A stretch of DNA of 28,203 nucleotides. Source: a virus (taxonomy: Duplodnaviria; Caudoviricetes). The stretch spans positions 1-28,203 of the IMG/VR virus record IMGVR_UViG_3300024996_000028. One strand, given 5' to 3'. Positions 16,815 through 25,215 of this stretch are shown here, piece after piece. Made by a program: the position numbers and the translations under genes. The first letter of the stretch is position 1; each line of letters opens with the position of its first letter. Under the pieces are notes generated by a model. It ran no database searches and had not been told where the DNA came from. It saw only the letters and a list, made by a program, of their open reading frames with translations.

Positions 16815-19583
16815 ATGCCCTTGCTGCGTACCCACTGGCTGACCAGCCCAGCAGCTGCGAAAGCCTATTACAAGTCCGCGGATTACTATGCCGCCACCCC
16901 CGGCGAGTGGCTGGGACGCGGTGCCGAGATGCTCGGACTCCAAGGCCCCGCGAACTACGCCGATTTCGAAAAGCTCTGCGACAACATCGACCCCCGCACG
17001 GGCGAGTTGCTCCGGCCTCATGCCCGCGACGACGGCCGCGTCGGGATGGACCTGACGTTCAACAGCACGAAGAGCGTGGGCCTTGCCCGCGAGCTGGCCG
17101 GGGCCGGTAACGCCGGAGATCCCCGGATCGAGGAAGCCCACCGGGATGCGGTCCGCTATGCCATGTCCTTCGTCGAGGCCGACATGCAGGGCCGCGTGCG
17201 CGTCGGAGGCAAGAACGAGGACCGCACGACCGGCAACATCGTCGCCTGCCACTTCACGCACCGGGACACGAGAATCTCGGCCGAGGACCAGCGCCCCGAT
17301 ATGTCGCTTCACTCCCACGTGTTCGTGCTGAACACGACCCACGACCCTGTCGAGGGAAAGTGGAAGGCCGCCCAGATGGGGCAGATCAAGCACGACGCGC
17401 CGTACTACGAGGCGATCTACCACAACCGCCTGGCCGCGAACCTCCGAGAGCTCGGCTACGGCATCCGCCGGAAGGACAAGGCCTTCGAGATCGAGGGCAT
17501 CTCCGACGACCTGGTGAAGAAGTTCAGCCGCCGCCGGGAGTACATCAAGGCGGTGGCCGCGAAGCTCGGCATCACGACGCCGGAGGGTATGGACAAGCTC
17601 GGGGCGACCACGCGGCTGGGCAAGACCAAGGAGCTGGCGGACGACCTCAACGGCTACTATGTCAGCCGACTCACTGGCAAGGAGCGTCAGGAGCTTGCCA
17701 GCCTCAAGGGGCGGCCGTCGTACCAGAGCAGCGAGCCGGAGGCAGTCCGGTACGCGATCGGCCACCTGTTCGAGCGGAAGAGCGTCGTCGAGGAGAGGCG
17801 GCTCTACGAGACGGCGATCCGGCAGGGCATCGGCTCGGTGACGCCGGAGGGCGTCAAGGCCGAGGCGAAGCGGCAGGGGCTGCTGGTGAAGACCGGCGAG
17901 GCGACCACGCGGGAGGTGCTGGCCGAGGAGGATCGGGTCGTCGCGTTCGCCCGCGAGGGCCGTGGGACGTGCAGGCCGATGGGGTGCGCACGGTCAGAGC
18001 CGCAGAAATCCTCGCTTCCTGACCCAAATCAGGGCGAAATCCGCGCACGCGGCGCACACGGTTCCGCGCCAGCTCAACATCGGCTCTCAGCCTCGCTTTC
18101 CGGCGAAAGCCGCAATTCCTGCGCGCCGACGGCGACACTCTCCCCCGAGCAGGCCGCCATTGCCCGCCACGTCTGGGACTCGCCCGACCGGGTCATCCTG
18201 ATCCGCGGGGCCGCTGGCACGGGCAAGACGCACACGATGAAGGCGACCATCGCCGGGATCGACCGCCCGGTCGTCGTCCTCGCCCCCTCGGCGGACGCCA
18301 GCCGGGGAGTGCTCCGCAAGGAGGGCTTCGAGGAGGCCGATACCGTTGCCCGGTTCCTGATCGACGAGAAATACCGCGAGCAGGCCCGGGGCGGCGTCAT
18401 CTGGGTGGACGAGGCCGGGCTGCTGGGCATCCGGCAGGTCCGGGCCGTCTTCGACGCGGCCGAGGAGCTGGGGGCCCGCGTCGTGCTCCAGGGCGACCGG
18501 AAACAGCACGGTTCGGTCGAGCGTGGGGCGACGCTCCGTGTCCTCGAGCAGTTCGCCGGGCTCCCCGTGGCCGAACTCAAAGACATCCGCCGCCAGCGGG
18601 GTCGCTACAAGGACGCCGTGGCTTCGCTCGCCAAGGGTGACATTCTGGCTGGCTATGATACCCTCGCCTCGCTGGGCTGGGTGAAGGAAGCCCGGGACAG
18701 CAAGCCGCTGGTCGACGAGTACATGGCGGCGCTTGACGCCGGCCGGTCGGTCCTCGTCGTGGCGCCGACGCACGCCGAGGGCGACGGGATCACGAAGGAG
18801 ATCAGGTCGCGGCTCAAGGAACGGGGGATCGTGGGGGAGGATGAGAGGGCTTTTAAGACGCTGGTTCCGCTGCACTGGACGGACGCTGAGAAGGGCGACC
18901 TCGAACGCTTCGACGGGACCGAGACCCTCCAGTTCCACCGCAACTCCGGCACCTTCAAGGCCGGGGACCGGGTCCGGATCGCCAGCTTCAAACGTGGCGA
19001 CTCGTACAAAAGCCCTTCGCACTTCTCTGTCTACCAGGAAGGATGCTGCGCGCTCGCGGTGGGAGACACTATCCGAATCACCGCCAACGGAAAAACCGCC
19101 GACGGCAAGCACAAGCTCAACAACGGGAGCGTCTATTCTGTCGCAGGCTTCACTGAGCAGGGCGACATTCTGCTCGGCAACGGCTGGACCGTGGGCAAGG
19201 ATTACGGGCATCTGGCATGGGGCTACGTTACGACCTCCCATGCTTCGCAAGGCAAGACCGTGGACAGAGTGCTTATAGCGATGGGGCAGCAGTCGCGTCC
19301 CGCCATTTCGGCGGAGCAGTTCTACGTCAGTGTTTCCAGAGGGCGGGAACGGGCGACGATCTACACCGATGCCTCGAGAGATGAGTTGCGAGCCGACATC
19401 CAGAGGTCCGATCCGAGAAAGTCCGCCACGGAGCTGCTGGGGAGGTCGAAGCCGAAGCCCCGGAAGCGAAACCGATTGGTCACCTTCACCGAGCGCGTGA
19501 AGTCTGCGTTCCGCCAGTTGCGCGAAAAGGCCGTCGATGTTATGGGAAACGTGCGAGAGAAGGAGCATTCGCATGCAAGGTAG
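16815..19583 (+). CDS. mobF: MobF (TrwC/TraI-like) conjugative relaxase-helicase
   Basis: N-terminal YY..DYY, GEWLGRGA, DLTFNSTKSV, HUH motif H..TR..PDMSLHSH; helicase GAAGTGKT, DEAG, GDRKQH, TSHASQGKT, YVSVSRGR. Confidence 0.95.
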   Translation: MPLLRTHWLTSPAAAKAYYKSADYYAATPGEWLGRGAEMLGLQGPANYADFEKLCDNIDPRTGELLRPHARDDGRVGMDLTFNSTKSVGLARELAGAGNAGDPRIEEAHRDAVRYAMSFVEADMQGRVRVGGKNEDRTTGNIVACHFTHRDTRISAEDQRPDMSLHSHVFVLNTTHDPVEGKWKAAQMGQIKHDAPYYEAIYHNRLAANLRELGYGIRRKDKAFEIEGISDDLVKKFSRRREYIKAVAAKLGITTPEGMDKLGATTRLGKTKELADDLNGYYVSRLTGKERQELASLKGRPSYQSSEPEAVRYAIGHLFERKSVVEERRLYETAIRQGIGSVTPEGVKAEAKRQGLLVKTGEATTREVLAEEDRVVAFAREGRGTCRPMGCARSEPQKSSLPDPNQGEIRARGAHGSAPAQHRLSASLSGESRNSCAPTATLSPEQAAIARHVWDSPDRVILIRGAAGTGKTHTMKATIAGIDRPVVVLAPSADASRGVLRKEGFEEADTVARFLIDEKYREQARGGVIWVDEAGLLGIRQVRAVFDAAEELGARVVLQGDRKQHGSVERGATLRVLEQFAGLPVAELKDIRRQRGRYKDAVASLAKGDILAGYDTLASLGWVKEARDSKPLVDEYMAALDAGRSVLVVAPTHAEGDGITKEIRSRLKERGIVGEDERAFKTLVPLHWTDAEKGDLERFDGTETLQFHRNSGTFKAGDRVRIASFKRGDSYKSPSHFSVYQEGCCALAVGDTIRITANGKTADGKHKLNNGSVYSVAGFTEQGDILLGNGWTVGKDYGHLAWGYVTTSHASQGKTVDRVLIAMGQQSRPAISAEQFYVSVSRGRERATIYTDASRDELRADIQRSDPRKSATELLGRSKPKPRKRNRLVTFTERVKSAFRQLREKAVDVMGNVREKEHSHAR

Positions 19584-20010
19584 CAGCTTTCTGGACGATC
19601 TCCTCAAGACGAGCGGGCCCAAGCCCGCTACCGGGGCCGATCCAGACGACGGCGAGCTGCCCGACCCGAAAGGGCCGTATCAGGCCCATGCGAGGCCGCT
19701 GGCCAAGGCGGTCTACTCGTTCCACTGCCTGAAAGGAGCCGAGGGCATCGTCAGCTTCCAGTACGTGAACCTCGACAGCCACAGCCAGTTCCAGGCCGGG
19801 GAGCACGGCCAGGTCATCACGCTCCGATTTGCGGGGACTCAGATCTGGCAGGTGACGATCGCTGGCCTGAACCTGTCCCAGCTCTACGACGGCATCCACC
19901 GGCACGTCATCCCGTGGGTGAGGAAGTCCGACCGGGGCTTTTCTGCCTCGGCGGACAAGGAGCCGCTCATCATGGGGATTGATGTCAAAGTGATCCCGAG
20001 GGAAGAGTAG
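19573..20010 (+). CDS. Hypothetical relaxase-associated protein
   Basis: 145 aa from MQGSSFL with AAGGAG RBS, overlapping the relaxase stop. Confidence 0.75.
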   Translation: MQGSSFLDDLLKTSGPKPATGADPDDGELPDPKGPYQAHARPLAKAVYSFHCLKGAEGIVSFQYVNLDSHSQFQAGEHGQVITLRFAGTQIWQVTIAGLNLSQLYDGIHRHVIPWVRKSDRGFSASADKEPLIMGIDVKVIPREE

Positions 20011-20300
20011 GCGGGGAGGGTTCAGCCGATTTTCCCTCACATATCCGCTGGAACGAGTGGCGGATGATGTTCTCGATTCCGCCCCGCTTCAGGTTGCTGA
20101 TCCAGTTGATCTGAACGTCTTCGAGCAGGTCCTTCTCACCGACCCAGAAGACTGCAAAAGCAAGCGGCTCAGGTGCCGCCTTAACCTCTGCGATCAATTG
20201 GCCCAGGCATCGCATGGTTCGCCTGGTCCTCCCGCAGGTTGCTGAGCGAACGGATCACCTCATCCACGTCGCGCTGCGTGAATTCCAAATCGTCGCTCAT
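19985..20300 (-). pseudogene. Hypothetical gene probably split by a 1-bp frameshift (or two tiny ORFs)
   Basis: MSDDLEFTQ..EDQA (from 20300) continues into MRCLGQLIAEV (from 20215) if one base near 20216 is removed. Confidence 0.4.
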
Positions 20301-20650
20301 GCTGCCTCGCTTTCTGGCCAGTGGAAGGCGACGCCGTTGCGCTGGATGATGCGCCCGCCACGCTGGATGATGTGGGGTCCGGTCTGGGCGGCGCGCTCGT
20401 CCGAAATCAGTTCCTCGACGCTGATGCCGTCCTTTATTTTGGAATAGAGCACGTCCCCCACCTGCGGCTCCAGCAGGTGCAGGCTGTCGGGGTGGATGTA
20501 GAACCCGCCGCCATTCGACATGTCCCGGCCATACATTCCGACCGCCTCGCATGCAGAGCGGAGCGAGTCGCCGTTGGCGAACTTGATTTCATGGTGCTTC
20601 GCCATCCACGCGGCGGCAAGCGGGTCGCGGTAGAAGTAGCGCCCGGTCAT
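20297..20650 (-). CDS. Hypothetical phage protein
   Basis: 117 aa, MTGRYFYRDPLAAAWMAKH..YIHPDSLHLLEPQVGD..IIQRNGVAFHWPESEAA. Confidence 0.7.
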   Translation of the reverse strand: MTGRYFYRDPLAAAWMAKHHEIKFANGDSLRSACEAVGMYGRDMSNGGGFYIHPDSLHLLEPQVGDVLYSKIKDGISVEELISDERAAQTGPHIIQRGGRIIQRNGVAFHWPESEAA

Positions 20651-21429
20651 GCGGCCTCGCTCTTCGGCTGGCTTTCGACCAGCCTGAAAAGCCTCTCCGC
20701 CGTTTCCAGCTCGGGATAGTCGAGCAGGCACGGGTCGGAGAGCCCATAAGGGTTGATCTCGATCAGCATGGGCGTCTCGCCGAGCCAGACGTCGACCACG
20801 ATGTCCTGGACGTGCAGCTTCGGCAGGATCGATTCGAGGAACGCGAAGCATCGTGCGGCAACCGCGCCCCGGGCAGCGACCAGTTCCGGGAAGAAATCGC
20901 GGTACTGATACTGCGAAACCCCTGCGATCCGGCCCTCGCGGATGAAGCAACGAAACTCCTCGTGCGCCGGGATGGGCTGGAACTCGCGGAGCAGCAGATA
21001 GCAGGCCGCATCGGCGTACCGGTATTCCGTCAGGTCGTCGAGGATTCGCTCGCTGTTCATGAACGCACCGAGGACGTCGTCTCCGGTCTGGAATCGCGGC
21101 ACATCGGGAAAGAACGTATCCTTCGGGCTGCGCGAACTAAGTTTTACGAAGCAGCCGTCAGGGTCAATCCGCGCTATTGCGGCTGTGATCCGCTGGGCCA
21201 AAGCATTCAGTGCCGTTTCGTTGGGTTTCTCGTCGTACAGGCCGCGGAGAGTTTCCTGATCCGTAGCTGTCAGTTCCAGCAGATCAGATCGGAAGGACAT
21301 CGCCTTCAGGGCCTCCGGCCAGTTCTCGTACAGGCAGGGGCCTACTCGCTTTAGCCATGCGGCCGAGGCCGCCCGGTGCTCTTCGAGCGTGGGCATCCGG
21401 AGTTCGGGTATTTTGAATTTCGTAGTCAT
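20647..21429 (-). CDS. Cdc123/D123-like (R2K clade) ATP-grasp protein
   Basis: FVKLSSRSPKD, SERILDDL, LLLREF, EFRCF, GVSQY, VVDV, LIEINP. Confidence 0.85.
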   Translation of the reverse strand: MTTKFKIPELRMPTLEEHRAASAAWLKRVGPCLYENWPEALKAMSFRSDLLELTATDQETLRGLYDEKPNETALNALAQRITAAIARIDPDGCFVKLSSRSPKDTFFPDVPRFQTGDDVLGAFMNSERILDDLTEYRYADAACYLLLREFQPIPAHEEFRCFIREGRIAGVSQYQYRDFFPELVAARGAVAARCFAFLESILPKLHVQDIVVDVWLGETPMLIEINPYGLSDPCLLDYPELETAERLFRLVESQPKSEAA

Positions 21430-21731
21430 AATCTTCCTCCAATTCGTTTAGTCATTTCGTCGTTCTTGCCTTCGAGCCACATGAACCGATCGCACGGCCA
21501 GTCGCCGGACTTCGACTTCCGCCACGCGAATCCCCGGCTCTGGCTGATCCCGAACACAGTCCAGCCCTTCTCCCGCCGGACGCGCTCGACCAGGGCCAGC
21601 TCCGCCTCGGTGATCGGCTTCCCGCCCTGCTCAGGCGGGCGGTCCTCGACGTGGATCCGGTCGCCTTCGACCCAGAGGTCGCGGGCGTTGCTCAGGCTGG
21701 CGTGGTAGGTGATGATCGACGGGGAGGTCAT
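21426..21731 (-). CDS. Hypothetical protein
   Basis: 101 aa, ATGA overlaps. Confidence 0.65.
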   Translation of the reverse strand: MTSPSIITYHASLSNARDLWVEGDRIHVEDRPPEQGGKPITEAELALVERVRREKGWTVFGISQSRGFAWRKSKSGDWPCDRFMWLEGKNDEMTKRIGGRL

Positions 21732-21940
21732 AGAATCCCCGCCTTTGCCTTCAGAGCGGCGATCTGCTGTTCGAGCCTCTCTAACTCGTCAGCGATGGGC
21801 TCGTACTTGTCGACCACCGACTGAAGGTGCTCGAAGAGGAACTGCGACAGGCTCTTCTTCTCGTACGCTTCGATGAAGCGTTCCGCCTTGCGCCACGTTT
21901 CGGCGTTCTCATCCTTGATGTAAATGGTCTTGGTGGTCAT
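21728..21940 (-). CDS. Small RHH-like/coiled-coil protein
   Basis: KTIYIKDENAETWRKAE..KKSLSQFL pattern. Confidence 0.6.
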   Translation of the reverse strand: MTTKTIYIKDENAETWRKAERFIEAYEKKSLSQFLFEHLQSVVDKYEPIADELERLEQQIAALKAKAGIL

Positions 21941-22455
21941 GCCGCCCTCCCTGTTGCCTCTGCGATGGCGTCGGTGATCGCGTCCAGGTCGTCGTTCGCG
22001 TACTCGCTAGATGCAATCTCGTCGAGCAGCTCCTGAGCTCCTGAGGGATTGTCCAGCATGACCAGATTCGCGGCCTTCTCCGCGAGATCGCGAGCCCAGA
22101 GCAATCGCGAGTGGGCCTTCTCGATGGTCTCGAGCAACCTGTGGCTCGCGTGCATCACGCGCAGCCGGGCCTCCACCTCCTCGTGCGAGCCGAACGGTAT
22201 CCCGGTGATCCGCTGGAAGGCTTCCTCGGCTCCCTCGCGGGTGGCGAAATCGCCGATGGCCATGACGCCCTCGCCGGGGATGTGGCCGTATAGGGTCCAG
22301 ACGTGGGCCTCGTGGGGTTCGCAGACCTCGAAGCTCAGGCCGTTCGGGTCGGGTTCGCCAGCGTCGTTGAGGCGGCGGCAGGGGCAGATCTCGTAGTTGT
22401 GATATACCTTCACCTGTACAGGCTCCAGGTTTCTCGTTTCAACGGGCGAGCTCAT
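21937..22455 (-). CDS. Hypothetical protein whose native N-terminus (23610-23624) is displaced by the TnpB element; new start supplied by the element's right end
   Basis: ATG 22455 overlaps the TnpB stop; NYEICPCRR.. begins immediately after the TCAC right end. Confidence 0.7.
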   Translation of the reverse strand: MSSPVETRNLEPVQVKVYHNYEICPCRRLNDAGEPDPNGLSFEVCEPHEAHVWTLYGHIPGEGVMAIGDFATREGAEEAFQRITGIPFGSHEEVEARLRVMHASHRLLETIEKAHSRLLWARDLAEKAANLVMLDNPSGAQELLDEIASSEYANDDLDAITDAIAEATGRAA

Positions 22456-22520
22456 GCTACATCCCTCCACGAAGGCCGTATCCCAGCCCGTTTAATGTTT
22501 TTCGCGGCATTCGTGTCCCG
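22379..22520 (-). ncRNA. Putative TnpB omega-RNA (reRNA) scaffold plus flank-derived guide
   Basis: The tnpB 3' end runs into ...GAAACGAGAAACCTGGAGCCTGTACAGGTGAAGGTATATCAC (hairpin ending TCAC), followed by the predicted guide AACTACGAGATCTGCCCCTG. The 5' boundary is approximate. Confidence 0.6.
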
Positions 22521-23609
22521 GCAATCCACGTACCCGCAGTGCGGGCAGACATGGGTCCGGACGCTCAACGCCTTCTGGACGATCTCGCCGCACGACGAAC
22601 ATTTCTGGCTCGTATATTGCGGCGGCACTGCGATCACAAGACGACCAGCTTTCTCGGCTTTATCTTCCATGAATTGACGCAGCATTCCCCAAGAGGAATC
22701 CGATATCGCCCTCGCCAGATGGCTGTTCTTGACCATGTTGGACGGGCGCAAATCCTCGATGACGATGGTGCCGTAGGCATTGACATAATGCCGAGCAGCC
22801 TTGTGCAGATAGTCTTTCCGCTGGTTGGCGATCTTCTCGTGGATACGCGCAACCATCTTCGCGGCCTTCCGGCGGCGGTTACTTCCCTTCTTGCGGCGAG
22901 ATAGGCGTCGTTGCGCCTTCGCTAGACGCCTGAGGCTTCGCTTAAGGTGCTGCGGGTTGGCGACCTTATTGCCTTCCGAGTCCGCGATCAGATGCGTGAT
23001 GCCGAAGTCCAGGCCGATAGCGTTGTCGTTCGCAGGCAGCGGCTGGGGCTCATCCTCGCAGACCGCTTGCAAGTACCACCCCGAAGGACGCTTCACGATT
23101 CGGCAGAATTTCAGCTTACCTTCAATCTCGCGGTGCTTAACGAAGCGGATGCGACCGCCGAGCATCTTGCCTGCTTTGAAATAACAGCTATCGATATTGT
23201 TAGCCACCGCATCGCGGAACTGGAGGGTATGCCAACGGTTCGCCGACTTGAAGCGAGGGAAGCCAACTTTACGGCCCTCTTTGATGCCCGCAAAGAAGTT
23301 TGCAAATGAACGATGCAACCGCCTGAGCGTAGTATCTACGAACCACGATGGCATATCGGGGTGTTGAGTCTTGCCATGCTGTTTGTCATGGGAAAAATAA
23401 TTAAGGTGCTTCCCAGTGGAGCGGTAATGGTCGATCAGTTCTTGCAGTCCTTGATTATAGATATCACGTGTCAGCCGCAGATTCTTCACGAGCAATGACT
23501 TCTGCGCTTTTGTCGGGTTCAGTATATATTCATAGGTGATCATCAAATTGACTATAGTCGAAACCTTGCGGAAGTAAAGCAAAATGGTGCGGCATTTAGG
23601 GGCCGCAAA
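22399..23609 (-). mobile_element. Non-autonomous IS200/IS605-family (IS1341-like, TnpB-only) element
   Basis: Left-end hairpin TGCGGC/GCCGCA (23588-23607) just after TTTAT; right end at TCAC (22399); no tnpA; lower GC than the flanks. Confidence 0.8.
22452..23543 (-). CDS. tnpB: RNA-guided endonuclease TnpB
   Basis: HTH MITYEYILNPT; GFPRFKS; RuvC IGLDFG, IEDL, RDTNAAKNI; Zn finger CSSC/CPHC. All three catalytic residues are present. Confidence 0.95.
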   Translation of the reverse strand: MITYEYILNPTKAQKSLLVKNLRLTRDIYNQGLQELIDHYRSTGKHLNYFSHDKQHGKTQHPDMPSWFVDTTLRRLHRSFANFFAGIKEGRKVGFPRFKSANRWHTLQFRDAVANNIDSCYFKAGKMLGGRIRFVKHREIEGKLKFCRIVKRPSGWYLQAVCEDEPQPLPANDNAIGLDFGITHLIADSEGNKVANPQHLKRSLRRLAKAQRRLSRRKKGSNRRRKAAKMVARIHEKIANQRKDYLHKAARHYVNAYGTIVIEDLRPSNMVKNSHLARAISDSSWGMLRQFMEDKAEKAGRLVIAVPPQYTSQKCSSCGEIVQKALSVRTHVCPHCGYVDCRDTNAAKNIKRAGIRPSWRDVA

Positions 23610-23676
23610 ATAAAATCCATTCATGGGGAATCCCCTTCCAGTTGATGGGCGGCCCGTCTCCGAGCCGCCCGGTTGA

Positions 23677-23949
23677 TTACTTCGCCGTCACGTTGTCGCG
23701 TTCCTTCGCGGCCTTGGCGTCGGACCGCTTCTGCATCTTGATCCACGCGTAGGCTTCGCGGAGCAGTTCGGCCATCGGCAGCATGTCGTCGGCATTCAGT
23801 TCCTTGGACTCTTTCCAGGTATCGTCGCCGGCCTTATAGGACCGCTGGGGAGTGGCGGAGTAGTAGGTTTTGCCCTCGGTGTTCGTGTTCCGCCAGATGA
23901 CGACGGAGAGGCAACCGTCGCGGAGTTTGTGGGCAGGTGCGTTAGACAT
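23677..23949 (-). CDS. Small putative ssDNA-binding beta protein of mobile elements
   Basis: PAHKLRDGCLSVVIWRN..YYS..RSYK..WKES; AAAGGA RBS; GC hairpin 23647-23670 downstream. Confidence 0.75.
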   Translation of the reverse strand: MSNAPAHKLRDGCLSVVIWRNTNTEGKTYYSATPQRSYKAGDDTWKESKELNADDMLPMAELLREAYAWIKMQKRSDAKAAKERDNVTAK

Positions 23950-23983
23950 ATCGTGTTCCTTTCTTCTCTAAGAACGCTTCATT

Positions 23984-24110
23984 GCGTCCTTGTAGGATGC
24001 GCCCGCATCAGCCTCAGCGGAGGCAAAGCGCACGGGTCAACCTGAATTGCGGAGGGTCCCGAAGGGAAACCGTCATTCTGGTTTACCCGCTCCGCGGCTG
24101 ATGCAGCTTC
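23984..24110. promoter_or_regulatory. Frpo-like single-stranded-DNA promoter hairpin upstream of the 23677-23949 gene
   Basis: Nested stem GCATCAGCC/GGCTGATGC, GCGGAG/CTCCGC, CGGGTCAACC/GGTTTACCCG, GAAT/ATTC, CCC-GAA-GGG. The 3' arm reads TTTACC-16-CAGCTT; the 5' arm is complementary to TTGACC. Confidence 0.6.
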
Positions 24111-24233
24111 CGTCATCAAGGCCGACTTGAAGCGTCCGCCAAGTTCGAAGGGACACGCTGCCGTAACCGCCAGCCCTGAACTCTTGAGGGCTGCCCTGTC
24201 GGCGGGATGAGGGGGATACGGGGCGGCCATGGC

Positions 24234-24359
24234 CTAGCGCTCCCCATTCAGCCGCGCCAGTTCATCCTCAGCCGTGGCGGGAGTTCCGTAATCGAGAGCA
24301 TCCCAGTCCGTGCTGCGGCGGCGGAACAGGCGGGAGAGGAGCGAGCGGAGCCAGCTCAT
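24234..24359 (-). CDS. Small protein with amphipathic N-terminus
   Basis: MSWLRSLLSRLFRRRSTDWDALDY.. (41 aa); ATGA overlap. Confidence 0.5.
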   Translation of the reverse strand: MSWLRSLLSRLFRRRSTDWDALDYGTPATAEDELARLNGER

Positions 24360-24703
24360 GGCTCCGGCTCCAGCCGGGCGAGGAGATGCCGCAGCTCCAC
24401 CTCAACGTCCACGTTCCGATTCGACCTGGTGCCGCCCCGGCCATCGTGTTCGCTGATATCCCCGCGCTCCCATGCGTCACGAAGCTCCAAGACGTGCGAA
24501 TGCGCCGCCTTCAATGCCTTCATCATCGCCTCGGCCTCGCAGGCGGCGAGGGCGGTCTTGGCCTCCGGTTGGTACTCGCCCCAGTGGCGGGACGCATAGG
24601 TATCCGCGTCGTTGTAATCTCCGCGACGTTTCTGTCTGTAGTCCTCGGCGGCGAGTGTGCGAGCGACGATCTCCACCAGCGGGCTGTTCGGGGCGGCGGT
24701 CAT
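24356..24703 (-). CDS. Hypothetical phage protein
   Basis: 115 aa from MTAAPNS; ATGA overlap. Confidence 0.65.
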   Translation of the reverse strand: MTAAPNSPLVEIVARTLAAEDYRQKRRGDYNDADTYASRHWGEYQPEAKTALAACEAEAMMKALKAAHSHVLELRDAWERGDISEHDGRGGTRSNRNVDVEVELRHLLARLEPEP

Positions 24704-25215
24704 GGCTCGCACCCCTTGCCGATGTTCCCGCTGTCGACGTCGCCGACGAAGTCTCGCCAGTGGACCCAGCCTCGCGGGCAATGGAAGCCCCACTCGCGGA
24801 TCTTCGGGCCGGTGATGAACAGCGTCCAAGCAGGAAGGGGCTGCTCGAGCTCATTGGGGTCGCTCCACCAGAATCGACGTCGCAGCAACTCGATCCGATG
24901 GGCGTGCTTGGCCCGCCGGAAGACGATGCTGCCCGCTCCCCTGCGTCTGACCGCGTTGGCCGTGTGCTCGATGTAGCCACCTCGAAGGATGATGCTCAAG
25001 CTGAGCCACGGGTGGTCATGGAGCGCGCGGTCATCGTCGTCCCGGAGGAACTTGTGCAGGTAGACGTTGAAGAAGCGGTTGCGGGGGATGACCCACCAAC
25101 GGAGCAGGTACGGATTCTCCTTGCCGCCGATGTAGAAATCGGGCTCGCGCCAGAAGGGGCGGGCGAGCCGTTTCGCAATCCGCTTCACGAGCGGGATCTT
25201 GGCGGCGACGGTCAT
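24700..25215 (-). CDS. Cupin-like phage protein
   Basis: YLLRWW..NVYLHKF..ALHDHPW..GGYIE..HAHRI..WTLFITGP..WGF. Confidence 0.8.
   Translation of the reverse strand: MTVAAKIPLVKRIAKRLARPFWREPDFYIGGKENPYLLRWWVIPRNRFFNVYLHKFLRDDDDRALHDHPWLSLSIILRGGYIEHTANAVRRRGAGSIVFRRAKHAHRIELLRRRFWWSDPNELEQPLPAWTLFITGPKIREWGFHCPRGWVHWRDFVGDVDSGNIGKGCEP

Noticed and set aside
22452-23624. TnpB as a Cas12f or catalytically dead TldR regulator
   Set aside because: No CRISPR array; the D-E-D catalytic residues and both transposon ends are intact.
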